Notes: a model not told the origin generated them from the sequence alone. A stretch of 64,000 nucleotides of DNA from Eledone cirrhosa (GCA_964016885.1 OZ024741.1:386570001-386634000); one strand, 5' to 3'; positions 42,379 through 55,776 are shown, numbered from the stretch's first letter. Numbers and translations are program-made.

Positions 42379-42500
42379 TCGTGCAATGGCCATACTCGAT
42401 AACGAGGGGGCAGCCATCATGTATGTATGTATGTATGTATGTATGTATGTATGTATGTATGTATGTATGTATGTATGTATGTATATATGTATGTATGTAT
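42379..42500 (+). mobile_element. Isolated RTE 3' end (stem-loop plus (ATGT)n)
   Basis: ATGGCCATACTCGATAACGAGGGGGCAGCCATC(ATGT)n. Confidence 0.7.
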
Positions 42501-45500
42501 GGGTCACTCTTGAGTGTCAGGTGGCCCTTGAGTGCTACTGGTAACATGTACAGCCTTTAAAAACCTTTTAAAACCTTTAAAAATTCTTTTAAAACTTTTA
42601 AATAATTCTTTTTATAACCCTTTTAACATTTAAACTCTCAAATGGAATAGAGTCTCTGGTCTACGTTTATGAAAATGTCAGCGAATCATTGCAACTCATT
42701 TACAGGTGCAAATAATGGGTAAAAAGAAAATCCACTGGGCGTGAAGGAACCCGAGCTGTTATTACAGAATCTTTCTAAAAGAGGGAAACTTTGAAATAAA
42801 ACCAGTGGTTGATGTGATTACTGGTCATTTGGCTTAGGCTTGTCGCCAGACTGAAACTTTGAGAGTGGTGCTCATGTAGTACAAGCTTTTGCCACTATAA
42901 TCCAATGATGTACAGATGTTTCTTTTGTGATCCTCTCATGTCATTTTATCAGCTGAATGTCCTATGGTGATGGAGGAGTGGCTACGTGTGCAGACCTGAC
43001 CAGTTGAAAGCACACAGTTGCAAATCTGCTCATAGGAGGCAGGGGTCTTATCATAACATCGATGTTGTGTTTTCCTGTGACAGGGGCTAACTCCCGTGGG
43101 AGTCCTGTATCTGAGCAGCCCTATTAGGGAGAGAACTGTTCACCCAAATTCTTGGGAAGGTGCTAGAAAAGATACATTGAAAATTGCCAGTCACATCAAC
43201 GTTGGGTAGTTTACTGCGGCTATCGGCGGTTCATTCAAGCAGGAAAAGAAAAAGTGAAGGACATAGTAAAACATTTATGAAAAATCGAGTGAAACACAAT
43301 ATTTGCTGCTAGAATGTTAAAACCCTTTTGGACCAAAACTCATCAAACTGGCCAGAAAGAAGAACCGCAATGGTAACGAAAGAACTCCAAAGATTAAATA
43401 TAGATATTGCAGCCTTGTCAGAAACACTTTTCTGCACATGGAAACCAAAAGGAGAACGGCGAGATGGTGTAAGTTTTGCAGTGCTAGGCCAGAGAAGAAA
43501 GTATTATGACGTTCTATGAATCCCTTCTTCTTGCTATTACATCTACTCCAGTTGAAGAAAAAGTGGTCATTCTTGGTGATTTCAATGCCTGAGTTGGCAG
43601 AGACCATGTGACATGAGATGCACTAGGCCATTGCGGCATGGGTAAGATACATGCCAGTGGTTTGAAGCTGCTTGAGCTTTGTTCGGAACTCAACCTAGCC
43701 ATTTGCAATACATTCTTCCGCCAAAAAAAAAAAAAAAGCATAAAGTTACCTGGATACACCCAAGGTCAAAAGATGGCCACATGATAGATTTCATGGTAAA
43801 CCGGAGATGCGACTTGAATGATGTCTATCACGTGCGCGTCATGTGTAATACAGAATGCAACATAAACCATATGATGGTTCGGGCGAAATTTAAGTTACGT
43901 GTTCGGAAAAAATCTCGTATGTGTGGGATCAAAACACTGAAGCGTATTGATGTTGGAAAGCTAAAACAGTAAATGAGGTTTTGAATAAACGTTTGAATAA
44001 TTTTGACTTCGATGGAACGTGGATAAACTTCAGGGATGAATTGTTACAGCAGGAGCAGAGGAACTTGGATTCAGAGCGAAAAAAAAACATAAAGACTGGT
44101 TTGATGATAATAATCAGGTTATCAGCCAGCTATTGAAGAAAAACATGCTCTCCTTGAAAAGATTTTGCAAGAGAGCCCTAGGAATTTAACTGCTATTAAA
44201 AATACATATAAAGAATATAAAGTCACCTTACAACACGAGCTGAGAAGGCTTAAAAATAAATGGTGGTTGAAGATCTCAGAAGATATTCAAAGTGCTTATA
44301 ACGCAAAGGATTCAAAACTGTTTTATAATATTTTGCGTGCAGTATATGGTCCAACAACTTCGTCTGTTGTTCCCACAAGGTCCGAAGACGATACAGCCAT
44401 CATCAAGGAATTGGAGAGCATCCTTAAGCGTTGGTAAGAACATTTTACTGATTTATTTGATAATCCATTATCAGTTGATCATGATGTGCTAGATGGCATC
44501 CCCCAATGTGTTGTAAATTTTAAAATGGATCGATTACCAGATGATTATAATGAGTTTAAAATGGCCATAAACCAGTTAAACACAGGTAAGGCACCTGGAT
44601 CAGATGGAATCCCTATGGAAGTGTTAAAGGTTGTTAATAATAATAACATAACACAAACAATACTTCATCTCACCACAGAGTGCTGGGCTGGCGCTCCTAT
44701 ACCACAAGATTGGATAGATGGTATCTTGATGACCTTGTTTAAAGGTAAAGGGGATAAAGGAATATGTGATCACTACCGTGGTATCACTTTGATGGAATCT
44801 GTGGGCAAAGTTCTTGCTAGATTATTGTTGAACACCTTGATGGAGGATACTTGCCCTACAGTCATCCCTGAATCACAAAATGGATTTATATCTGGGAGAG
44901 GGACGATTGATATGATCTACTCTATAAGGCAGATGCAAGAGAAATGTTTTGAACAGTGAGTTTCTCTGTACCAGGCTCTTGTCGATCTGAGAAAGACCTT
45001 TGATACGGTGAACAGAGGTGTGCTGTGGAAAATACTAGGGAATATACGGTGCCCACCAACGTTTATTGATATGTCCGTCTGACTGCATAGAAATATGAAG
45101 GCTCATGCTTGAATGGAGAATTGTCCAATAAAAACCCATTTGATAATGGTGGGAAGCAGGGAGATATCCCAGCTCCCACACTGATTTCAATATTTTTTGC
45201 TGTGGTGCTGACTCATGCATTCCAGGGCTGTGTAAAGGGTATTCTATTGCAGGTTAGAACAAGTTGTTCCAAATACGAATTAGAGAACTCCTGTATGCAG
45301 ACGATGTTAACTTTCTGGCTCACTCCCAAGATGACATGCAACACATCATGGATTGTTTTGCAGCTTCTTGTAATGCCTTTAGTATGAACATTAATCTGAA
45401 AAAGACTAAGGTAGTGTTCACCCCAACACTAGGGGAACCATATATTGAACGAAATATAATGGTGCATGGAACTAGTTGATACTTTTGTTCACCTGGGCAG

Positions 45501-46240
45501 TGAATTGTCCAGGAATGGTTCACTGGGTGCTGAAATGCAACTGTGAATTCAGAAGGCCTCTGTAGCCTTCGGAAAGCTGCTTGAGAAGAGAGTGTGGGCG
45601 GATAAGGGCATCAATATCAAGACCAAGCACAAACCAAGGAAAAGATATAATGATTGCATAAAAAAACAACCTTAAGGATCTACAGTTTGAAGTTCAGAAC
45701 TGAGAAGTGCTTTCTTTAAAGAGGGTTGAATGGAGAGGACATGTGAATAAAGGCAGCAGAATGTTTTCTTGACCATGAAAAACTTAAACGTCAGTTTCGA
45801 AAATGCTACAGTATGAACCTCAATAAGAACATAGGGAGCTGGAGTTGTGAAGTGTGTGATTGTCTACTTCTCTCTAAATCTGGGTACATCACTCGTCTAA
45901 AATCACATGAAAAGACAACTCTATGCAGCACTATTCCTCCAATACTAGGTGAGACAACATGTGTGGTGTGCAAAGAAAATCTGCAAATTAATTTCTTATC
46001 TTAAAAAGCATATGAGAGTACATAAGGATGACATCCCACAAACTGACCCAATCAATCCAATAGAGGGCACATCGTTTGTCTGTCACATTTGCTGCAGACC
46101 ATGCAAATCTGCAGCTAAACTTATAAACCACCTAAGAGGCCATAAACGGACGTTTGGAGTTGATGGCGGTTGACGGGGGTGCATAGAGAGGCGGCAATCA
46201 TCTGCAAAGATGAAACAATCACACAACCATGTATGTATGT
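42501..46240 (+). mobile_element. Near full-length decayed RTE LINE (5' UTR, APE, RT, zinc fingers)
   Basis: NIDIAALSET, ILGDFNA, TWIHPRSK..HMIDF, KAPGSDGI, YRGITL, YADD, CHICCRPCKS..HLRGH; many stops and deletions; ATGT tail. Confidence 0.9.
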
Positions 46241-46720
46241 AACCCAGTACAACATATGTATGGTCAGGTCATCGGCGACAAAACCGGCAACTCCATCAAG
46301 CTTGCTTGGTGAGGAGGGTGATTATGGACACCCTGCGGGATGAAGAACAAAGCCCGTCAAAGGGCGGAGGAATTCAAGAGGGTCAACGGCCATCCAATAA
46401 GGTTATTATTATAATTTTTTTTTTTTTTTTTTTGAGCGAGAAACTCCTAGTCTCATTAAGACATCTCTCTAGGAGAAAGAGAATGACATTCTGATATAAG
46501 ATCTGCGACTTCGTTTGCATCAAATGATGAAGAGCAGTTCTTCTTTTTGGGTAAAGCATTCGATGTTTAGAGAGTGGGATTGACCCCGTGCAAAGCCTTT
46601 CCCCACTTAAAAAAGCTTTCAGCACAGGCATCGCTTGATATGTGACATTTGTGTAATGCAAGGTATTGTTGGCTATAGGCAAGTCCTGAGCAGGACTAGG
46701 AATCCACGTCTGTGATGTTC
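46241..46720 (+). mobile_element. Diverged relative of family R (RTE 5'-UTR-derived)
   Basis: GGCGAC.AAAC.GGCAAC...TTGGTGAGGAGGGTGA and CTAGGAGAA..AGAGTGGGA shared with 20010-20350. Confidence 0.65.
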
Positions 46721-47007
46721 ATACTTAAGTATCAAGCGATGGCATTACTTGAAATCTCGTTGCAGCCATCATCATCATCATCATATATATATATATATAT
46801 ATATATGATGTGAGAATGTGAGAAAAATGTGAGAAAAATGTGAGAAAAACCACAGAACTGCGAAACCGGTAAAGGAACCAAATAAATATATATATTTTTT
46901 TTTTTAAATAAGACTCCAGTTGCATTTTCGATTTCATCTCTTTTTCTTTATACTTTCACTCGTGTAGGACACCTCGGTTATTTTTCATTTTGTAAAAAAA
47001 ACCTCAC

Positions 47008-47047
<40 letters not shown>

Positions 47048-47049
47048 TA

Positions 47050-47080
<31 letters not shown>

Positions 47081-47175
47081 GGCTACGTGGTGAATCTTGT
47101 TACTCTTGAATTTCGCCTGTGCACTCACAGTATCATCATATACACAGTGAGAATCGAGTATAAATATATATATAT

Positions 47176-47212
<37 letters not shown>

Positions 47213-47263
47213 TATTTGTTTAGATGTGCACCCAGCTGCCAATCATATACAGTATAGGAAACC

Positions 47264-47457
47264 AAGGGCGGTGAATTGGCAGTATCGGTAGAGAGTCGGA
47301 CACCATGCTTTGAAGCATAGAGTTACGTCTCTTTATGATCTGAGTTCAAATCCCGCCGAGGTTAACTTTGCCTTTCATCCTTACGGGGTCGATAAAATAA
47401 AGTACCAGTAATACACTGGGTAATTGCTGGCCTTGTTCTAAAAGTAGAAACAATTAT
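47264..47457 (+). mobile_element. Family A SINE with 13-bp TSD
   Basis: AGTATAGGAAACC at 47251-47263 and 47458-47470. Confidence 0.9.
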
Positions 47458-48529
47458 AGTATAGGAAACCCCATTTTACCACCGAAACAGTTTAAGCTTA
47501 AGCTTGACAATATGGCGTAATTTGTATAAATATGGCCGACTGAGTGGAATAATGGTCTTACTGCTCTCAATTAATAACATACATGTATATATGTATTTGT
47601 GTGTATACATACATACAGACACAGACGTGAATATGTATATTTGTGTATACATACACACGGAAACGTGTATATGTGCATTTGTGAATATACATACATACAC
47701 ACGCCACGTGTATATATGTATTGCGTATATGCATACACACACAAACATGTATATATGTATTTGTGTATATACACACAAGAAAATACACACATACATGTAT
47801 ATATGTATTTTTGTGTATACACACATACAAACACACATGTGTGTATGTGTGTGTGTTAGTTTGTGTATGTGTGTGTGTATATACACACACAGATATATAT
47901 TAATCATAAATATGTGGGTGGGATAATGTGCTCTGCTAATGTTTTGATTCGTGCACACATTAGTATTGTAATTAACAATCAATCAATGCAGTTGACAGGG
48001 GAAACCTTGACAATTTTATCGAAGCTAATATTGCTAAGCGGAATGGTTTTATCATTAAACCATTCGAGACAACGTTATGATGACATCAACACAGCTTAGT
48101 TCCCGAATTACGAGAATATGTGAAGCTGAGATTCAGTATACCGAATCATTTTGTATGAACAGCAGTCACTGTAATGCTGCGATACAGTTTCGTGTCTATG
48201 CAGTGGCAGTTAAATTTAACCCTTTCATTGCTACATTTCTCATGAAATACGTTGTATTTCATTTAATTAATGAAGGTTTCGGAGGAATTTACTAAATTAT
48301 TAATCATTTCATTAAAACAGTATGTGAAGTACCGTGTCTTGCTTGAGGATACGACGTACTGCACGGTTCGAGAATCAAACTTACGGCCTTATGATCGTGA
48401 GTCGAACCACCTAACCTACATACTATTTATAACAAATGGTTCTTATATAAAATTGTTGGAAGATTTGATTTAAATAGGAACAACGTCGGTTTTGGGTGAG
48501 TTGATACCAAAAGGGTTAATGACTTTGAA

Positions 48530-49340
48530 ATCTCTCAAGTGTTATTAAATATTGCATGCTTACCTGCTGATTCTACTTGTTACATCTTTCGCGAATCTAA
48601 TTTACCTCCAAATGCAAAACTTATTGCTACACTTTCTAGAAAATATTCTTTAGAGGACTGCAAATTCATCAGACAAGAAGTAAACAGCTTAATCAAAGAG
48701 GGTATCATAGAACTCAGTAACTCAGCGGAGAGAGCCTAAAGTGTAGTAAGGAAAAACGAAAATCACATGTCTTGCCTAATCAAAGAAGATATCATAGAAC
48801 CGGGGAGAACTGAAAGTGTAGTAAAGAAAAACGCTTTGTTCATTTCTCAAACACTTTCAACACGTATACTCTTCTTGATGTTTTTTCAGTGCCTATTATT
48901 AACGAATTAATACTCACTATATCTTAACACTTATATTTTAGGCAGGTCGACATGAAACATTCTTACTATCAACTCCCACTGACGATTTATTGGTGTCTTC
49001 ACATGCTTTTCAACCCTTACGACAATTGTATCAATAAACCAAACTCCTATTTGACCTCACGGACGCTGTTGGATATTTTCAATGAGTGTTGAAGCAAATT
49101 ATCTTACAGAATAACCTTATGTTAGTTAAGATTATTGTGCGCGGCATCTCTATTGAAGATAATGACAGACATCTTAAGACATTTCTATCAAATATAAAAG
49201 GTCTTAACATAATTCTTTCTCGTAAAAAAAGATTTTTTTTTTGTAAAGTAAATATCGATTTATTTGGTTATTACATTGAAGACCACAGAATAACATGTGA
49301 TTTCAATAGGTTGCTTCCTCTTAAATGCTTTAAATTCTCG
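48530..49340 (+). pseudogene. Decayed Ty3/Gypsy-like LTR retrotransposon RT fragment
   Basis: SRKYSLEDCKFIRQEVNSLIKEGIIELSNS; DMKHSYYQLP; NDRHLKTFL...IDLFGYYI. Confidence 0.7.
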
Positions 49341-49574
49341 ATACGATCGACTAAATCAAGGCAGTGCCCCAGCATGGCCACAGTCAAACGACAGCAGCAA
49401 GTAAACGTGTGAAAGAATAATTGTTTCTACTTTTGGCACAAGGCCAACGTGTGAAAGAAAGCAACGAATTATGTTGTAATTTTGGTTTCTACTAGTACAG
49501 GAAAAGGAAGAAAGACTCGCCAGACAATTGTCGCTGTGACATGACGACAGGAAGGCATCACAATATCGTCAATC

Positions 49575-50310
49575 AAGGTGGATTGGCAGTATCCGTAGAA
49601 GGTCAGCATAGAGTTACGACCCTTTACGGTCTGACTTCAAATCCCGCCGAAGTAAACTTTGCCTTTTATCCTTATAGGGTCGATAAAATAAAGTACCAGT
49701 AATACACTGGGATAATTGTTGGCCGTGTGCCAAAAGTAGAAACAACTATTATTATTATGTTGAATTGGCAGTATCGGTAGAGGGTCGGACGCCATGCTTT
49801 CCAGCATAGTTACGTCCCTTTACGATCTGAGTTCAAATCCCGCCGAGGTTGACTTTGCCTTTCATCCTTACGGGGTCGATAAAATAAAGTACCAGTAATG
49901 CACTGGGTAATTGCTGGCCTTGTGCCTAAAGTAGAAACAATTATTATTGTCATTGCTGAGTTCAAATCGCGCCGAGGTTAATATTGTCTTTCATCCTTAT
50001 GAGGTCGATAAACAAAGTACCAGTAATGCACTGGGATCGATTTAATCGACTTTCCCCTCCCCCTAAAATTATTGGCCTTGTGCTTAAATCAGAAATCATT
50101 ATTATTGTTGTTGTTATCGATAGAGCGTTGGACAGCATGTGGCATAGAGTTACGACCCTTTACTTTCTGAGTTCAAGTTCCGCCGAGGTTAGCTTTGATT
50201 TCCATCCTTACGTCAATAAAATAAGGTACCAGTAATGCGATGGGTTGGAAATAATCGATATTCTTCTCCCACTAAAATTGTTGGCGTTGTGCCTGAATCA
50301 GAAACTATTA
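49575..50310 (+). mobile_element. Four head-to-tail family A SINEs
   Basis: Repeated GTTCAAAT..CGCCGAGGTT...GTACCAGTAAT...AGAAAC(ATT)n. Confidence 0.85.
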
Positions 50311-50559
50311 TTATCGTCGTTGTTGTTGTTATGACTTATATGGTACGTGTAATGCCAACAATGGCCATCCATTCGAGAGACAAAACAGTCAGAAATACAA
50401 GAAGCCTGCACACTCTTAACATTGACCAGTGACTCTCTCTCCCTTCCTCCCTCTCTCTCTCTCTCTCCCTCTCGCTCTCTCGCTCTCTCTCTCACTCACA
50501 CTCTCGCCCCCCCCCCCTCTCTATCTCTCTCTCTCTCTCTCTCTCCAGCTTGCCAGACA

Positions 50560-50920
50560 GCTATGTCGGTTGTTTGGATGGCTGGTTGGTTGGTTGGTTG
50601 TGTGTTGAGTTGGCTGGTTGTTTGACTAGCTGTCTGGCTGGTTAGTCGGTTAGTTGGTTGGTTGGTTGGCTGGCTGCCTAGTTTGCAAGTTGGTTGATTG
50701 GCTCGTTGGCTGGCTGACTAGCTGATTGGTTGGCTGGTTAGCTAGTTGATTGGCTAGTTGGTTGGATGATTACTACGTCATTGTTGGTTGGTTTGTTGGC
50801 TGGCTGGTAGGCTGTTTGGTTGGCCGGTTGGTTGGTTGGTTGGTTAGTTGGTCGGTTGGTTGGATGGTTATTTGATTTCCTGACTGGTTGGTTGGTTGGC
50901 TGGTTTGTTTGCTGACTGAC
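50560..50920. repeat. (GGTT/GGCT)n degenerate microsatellite
   Basis: Direct inspection. Confidence 0.85.
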
Positions 50921-51039
50921 AGGTTGTCAGATTATCCTGTGAGTGCACAGATGAATCTTCAAAGAAAGAATACTAACCACTTAGCCACAATCAAGAATAA
51001 ACTCTACTTCAGTATGGAGTATCATTCTTACGCTCGTCA

Positions 51040-51114
<75 letters not shown>

Positions 51115-51119
51115 ATAAA

Positions 51120-51400
51120 GATGAAATAATGATGGTTATAAGAGTTCCATATATTTTATTATACGTATTTCGAATACAAAATCATCCTGGGACAGATGTT
51201 GTGTTCTCTTCAGATAAAAAAAGGTACAATGATATGAGACATAATAGCACTTGTTTATAGGATAGTGCTAAGTCTACACATGACAGAAATATATGTGTTA
51301 ATACTATAGTAAGGAATAGATAGGAAAAGAGAAGAAAAGGAAAGAAGAAGAGAAAAAAGGAAAAAGAAAGAGAAGAAAAAAAGAAGGAAGAAGAAGAAGA

Positions 51401-51475
<75 letters not shown>

Positions 51476-53330
51476 TTGATCAGGGACACTGTCAAATTGA
51501 AAACAGCTGTAAATAACAGTTAAAAAATAAATTGATGAGGTGTATGTACGAATATTATAGAAGGTATTCAAATATTAGAGGTCTAAATATAGAAACTGGG
51601 TATATTATATTGGGTTTAAATACTAAACATTGGTTTAAGAAGTGTAAAAATGTATTAATAAATTAAATATAAAAAGATTTTTATGAAATATAAATAGTCT
51701 ATCTATGTCAAAGTTAATAATTTCTAGTAAAAATATATATGTGGGGTATACTATTTAAGTTTTATTTTATATCATCAAGTAAATAAAGGAAATTGTTAGA
51801 AGGATTTATAAACGTAGAAAAAACGTAGAGAAAATTTATTATAATATGACGTCATCTATTGTTTACAAAATCGTCGAAGGTTTGAGCGAAAATCTAAGGC
51901 TATGCAAAAGAAGATCAAAAGCTTAATATATAATGAGAAAACCAAAATAATAAATTGTAGAATATAATGAAAGAGGTATAAAGATAACAGTGACTCGTGG
52001 AATATGTTATAGAACATCAGCTATATACTTTGTGAAAGGTCTTGTAGGATTTATGATTACAAAGTCCAAATAAATTGGTTCTTCGATTTATTATTGTGTT
52101 TAAATTCGAGATAATGGTAAATTTTTCTGCCAGACATAAATTACAAACACTAGATATGGAAGCATTGGAGTATGGAGATGCGTTGTAGATTTTACGCCAA
52201 GAAATTTTGTAATTTATGTTTTTGTCTGTTAAGGACCAAATAAGTTCTGAGAGTGCGGTGCTGGTCCTTTTAAGTGGAGATTTAAAAGTAGAAAAATAAT
52301 TATAGGATCTTGCTTTAAAAGAGGTAGAAGTAGAGCCAATGTAGGTAAAGCTATTGGTACTAGTTACCACTTTACATTCGTATACTAGGTTTTTATCGAG
52401 ACAGAAATTACTAAGAGGACAATTAGTTATAATAGGGCAGTTGCATTTACGATTAAGATTATTTACAGAGTTATTGGCAAGTGGCCCAGGATTAATTATA
52501 TTATCATCAGGAGTGGTGGAATTAACTAAAGGAGGTGCTAAAGTCTAGATTTACATTACTATTTGATGTATTCCTCAAAGTTACGCTTGACGTCGTATTT
52601 TTACTTGTGTTATTTTGCCTAGAGTTTACATTGACGTCGGGCCTTATACTGTTATTATTATGACTCTCATGGTTGGATGCATATGAGTTATTATTTAATA
52701 TTTTAGAATTATGTCTTGAGATAATTTTAGAAATGTTCGAAGTAGTAGAATACGAGAATTTAATAGTATGCCTATTGAAAATCTTGCTATATATATGTGA
52801 AGGAGGGAAGCTGTTATGTAATGCCCTAAAAAATAATTTAGGGATATTATTAATAACGGAAAGAGAGAAGGGGGCGTTGTACCAAAGGATATTTTATATC
52901 TAGGTCTCTTCCTTTTGTTAGCAGTATGATTATTACTAGCTACATTACTAGAGTTATTATAACTTCTGCCAAGATTAAGTTCTTTAGTATACCTAATTTT
53001 GTCTAGATATCCAGCCCTAGATAGCGCATTATTCTAATAGTTGGCATTAGCTTCGAAGATATCCTTATTAGAGGATAAATTAGAAATTCTTTTTTCTACG
53101 CTTTTGACTATAGCAGTTTTAACGTTATTAGGGTGGTTAGATTTAAAGTTAACGTAATTTAAATTCTCATTATCCTTATGATATGGGTAATATAGGCTGG
53201 TATCTAGATTAAGGGATATATCAAGGAAATTTGCTAGTTTATCATTATTCTCGAATTCAATTTTGAAGTTAAGATGTTTAAATAGATCAAGTATTTTATT
53301 CTTAAGTAAATTAAAGTTTACAGTGTTACA
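51120..53330 (-). mobile_element. Penelope-like element, 5'-truncated (RT C-terminus, linker, GIY-YIG, 3' region)
   Basis: Minus-strand ANFLDISLNL...YVNFKSNHP, WYNAPFS...IFNRHTIKFSYS, CNC..CPL..CL..NLVYEC..TYIGST..FKAR...CNLCLAEK. Confidence 0.9.
51154..51219 (-). ncRNA. Type I hammerhead ribozyme at the PLE 3' end
   Basis: TTTTAT-CTGAAGA-GAACACAA...TTGTATTC-GAAA-TACGTA-TA-ATAAAA; palindromic helix III ATACGTAT. Confidence 0.8.
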
Positions 53331-53339
53331 ATTATATAT

Positions 53340-53627
53340 ATAGAGAGTGTAACTTGGAGTTACTGTAGGTTCACCCGGGTGAGCACTCGATGTTTAGGTT
53401 CACTTCTGCGTCGAGGTGTAGAGCTATACAGAGTGAATTATATTGAAAAGATAACAAGGACGATTGGTTACACCTTCATTAGCATTTTAAAGGGTCCGTC
53501 GAGCTGCGGATTATAGAGTCGGGTAAGATCGATACAGATCGAACCTTGAGCTGATCAGTGGCGAAACGCGCGTCACCTACTAATAAATGTAATGAAGGAG
53601 TAACCAATCGTCCTTGTTATCTTTTCA

Positions 53628-53630
<3 letters not shown>
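53340..53630. mobile_element. Fold-back PLE terminal repeat with a variant hammerhead (53492-53578, +)
   Basis: Inverted arms about 53441-53488/53583-53630; GGGT-CCGTCGA-GCTGC...GTGGC-GAAA-CGCGCG-TC-ACCT. Confidence 0.7.
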
Positions 53631-53665
<35 letters not shown>

Positions 53666-53952
53666 ATAAGTACGCGCGTGTGTATGCATGTATGTATGAG
53701 GGGTTATAGTAACAAATATATAATTTAATAATTCCTCGATTACAACATTCTATGTAAGGATGTTTGAATCCTCAATTGTCATTCACCTCTCTCTTGTCAC
53801 GCTGACCATCACCATATTTAATATAACGTTCATTTAAATCAATTACAATAATTTCCTTCCATAGTTTTTAAATCGTTATGAAACATATATATATACTAAA
53901 TTACGGTTTCCCCAAAAAATCTGGCACAAAATCGTTGTCACATGAAACTGCA

Positions 53953-54020
<68 letters not shown>

Positions 54021-54114
54021 TAATAAAATACTGAATAAACAAAGAAACAGTTCCTTATATTAAAAAAAATTCATCATTTTACGATCGTTTCTAGGTAGAT
54101 TTATGGTAGATTTA

Positions 54115-54164
<50 letters not shown>

Positions 54165-54204
54165 TGTATGTATGTATGTGTGAGTGTGTATGTGTGTGTG
54201 TGTC

Positions 54205-54359
54205 GGCTTCAACCAGGGGTAACCACAGTAAGTAAGGTACTCAATACATAGTACAGTATATAATATTTAATATAGAAATGGCTTCTTCAGGACTAGAACT
54301 GTTTCAGGGCTTTCCTGATAATTTCCTTCGAATGAAACAGTTCTAGTCCTGTAGAAGCC

Positions 54360-54365
<6 letters not shown>
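54205..54365. mobile_element. Family F1 fold-back element
   Basis: Inverted arms about 54276-54306/54333-54363; CTGATAA-TTTC-cttc-GAAT-GAAAC at 54315-54338. Confidence 0.7.
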
Positions 54366-54442
<77 letters not shown>

Positions 54443-54489
54443 CATATATATATATATACATATATATATACATATATATATATATACAA

Positions 54490-54675
54490 CAAAGGAATTG
54501 TGGTAAGGAACCAGATGGACCATAACGCACCAGAGTACTCAATACTTAGGGCAGTAGAGTGGGAAATAGGAAAAAGTAAGACCCCGACGGCAGAGCTCAA
54601 GCCGTTTCGACGGTAATTTCTGGACTGAAATAGCCGTCGAAACGGCTTGAGCTCTGCTGTCGGGGTCTTACTTTT

Positions 54676-54676
<1 letters not shown>
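54490..54676. mobile_element. Family F2 fold-back element
   Basis: Inverted repeat 54571-54676 plus body homologous to 19560-19640. Confidence 0.75.
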
Positions 54677-54749
<73 letters not shown>

Positions 54750-55671
54750 TGCAGAAGGCAAACAGAAATAACAAAGCAAACAACACAGTACAATGAAGAA
54801 ATAAATTAGTTTTACGCTTGATATAGTATGAAAAGAGCATAATGTTTGCAAAGTTACAACCTCTGTGGTCATCAACCCTCAAAATGGAGGTACACAGTTT
54901 CGACCTCCAGCGACAATACTGCTGATCAATCCGGAGCCACAGGGTCTGATTAGAAATTAATCGAACTATGGATCACTGCCCTTGGAGAATTAAGACAAAA
55001 ACATAACAAAACCTACGTTTATAGAATTATATGTTCGGCAGATAAGTCGAGCATTACGTGACCGTCACTTCCTGTGTTTGATTTTTTTTTTTTTTGTCAG
55101 CAGCTCTAACTGGTTTTCTTCTTCACGTATCTGCTGTATGCTCAGCCACTTGCACGTTAATTTCATGTACAGTTTGTTCCTTTGTTCGAACAACCATCGG
55201 CGACCCCGACGGAGGACTAATAAGGTCACAATGACAATAACAATAAGCAACATATCATATATTCATGTGTAGGGTGATATATAAAATGAGACATTTAAAA
55301 GCCCACGCTGACACTGTTATGCGCAGAAACTAAATGTAGAGCTTCACTCACATTAATATCACAAACACTAAGTTGCACTCACAAACCATACTCGAACTCC
55401 ACTCACATCCATATTACAGGCACGCTTTGTCGCACTTACAAACTACACGTATGTATAAGACAGGTGCAAAAGTCATACACACGTGGGTGTATGGACACTT
55501 ACATCTACTTAGATGGAACGTAACAGCTGACTGCTATCTCTTTCTATAGGTGTCTGTCTGTATGTCTGCCTGTCTGTGTGTGTGTGTTATAATTATGTGT
55601 GTATATGTGTTTATATCCCCCCCCGTCTCTCTCTCTGTTTGCATACATACACACATACCAACACACGCACG

Positions 55672-55776
<105 letters not shown>

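Noticed and set aside
42501-42560. HDV-like or twister ribozyme at the RTE 5' end
   Set aside because: GGGTCAC/GTGGCCC can pair, but the 13 nt between are too few for the HDV nested pseudoknot, and twister conserved segments could not be placed; needs a covariance-model search
54885-54960. Minus-strand HHR-like arrangement CTAATCA-GACC...GGTC-GAAAC
   Set aside because: Core lacks G5 and G8 and no stem I pairing is found
55065-55272. Possible downstream exon of the UNC-93-like gene
   Set aside because: No UNC-93/MFS similarity in any listed frame and no convincing splice pair
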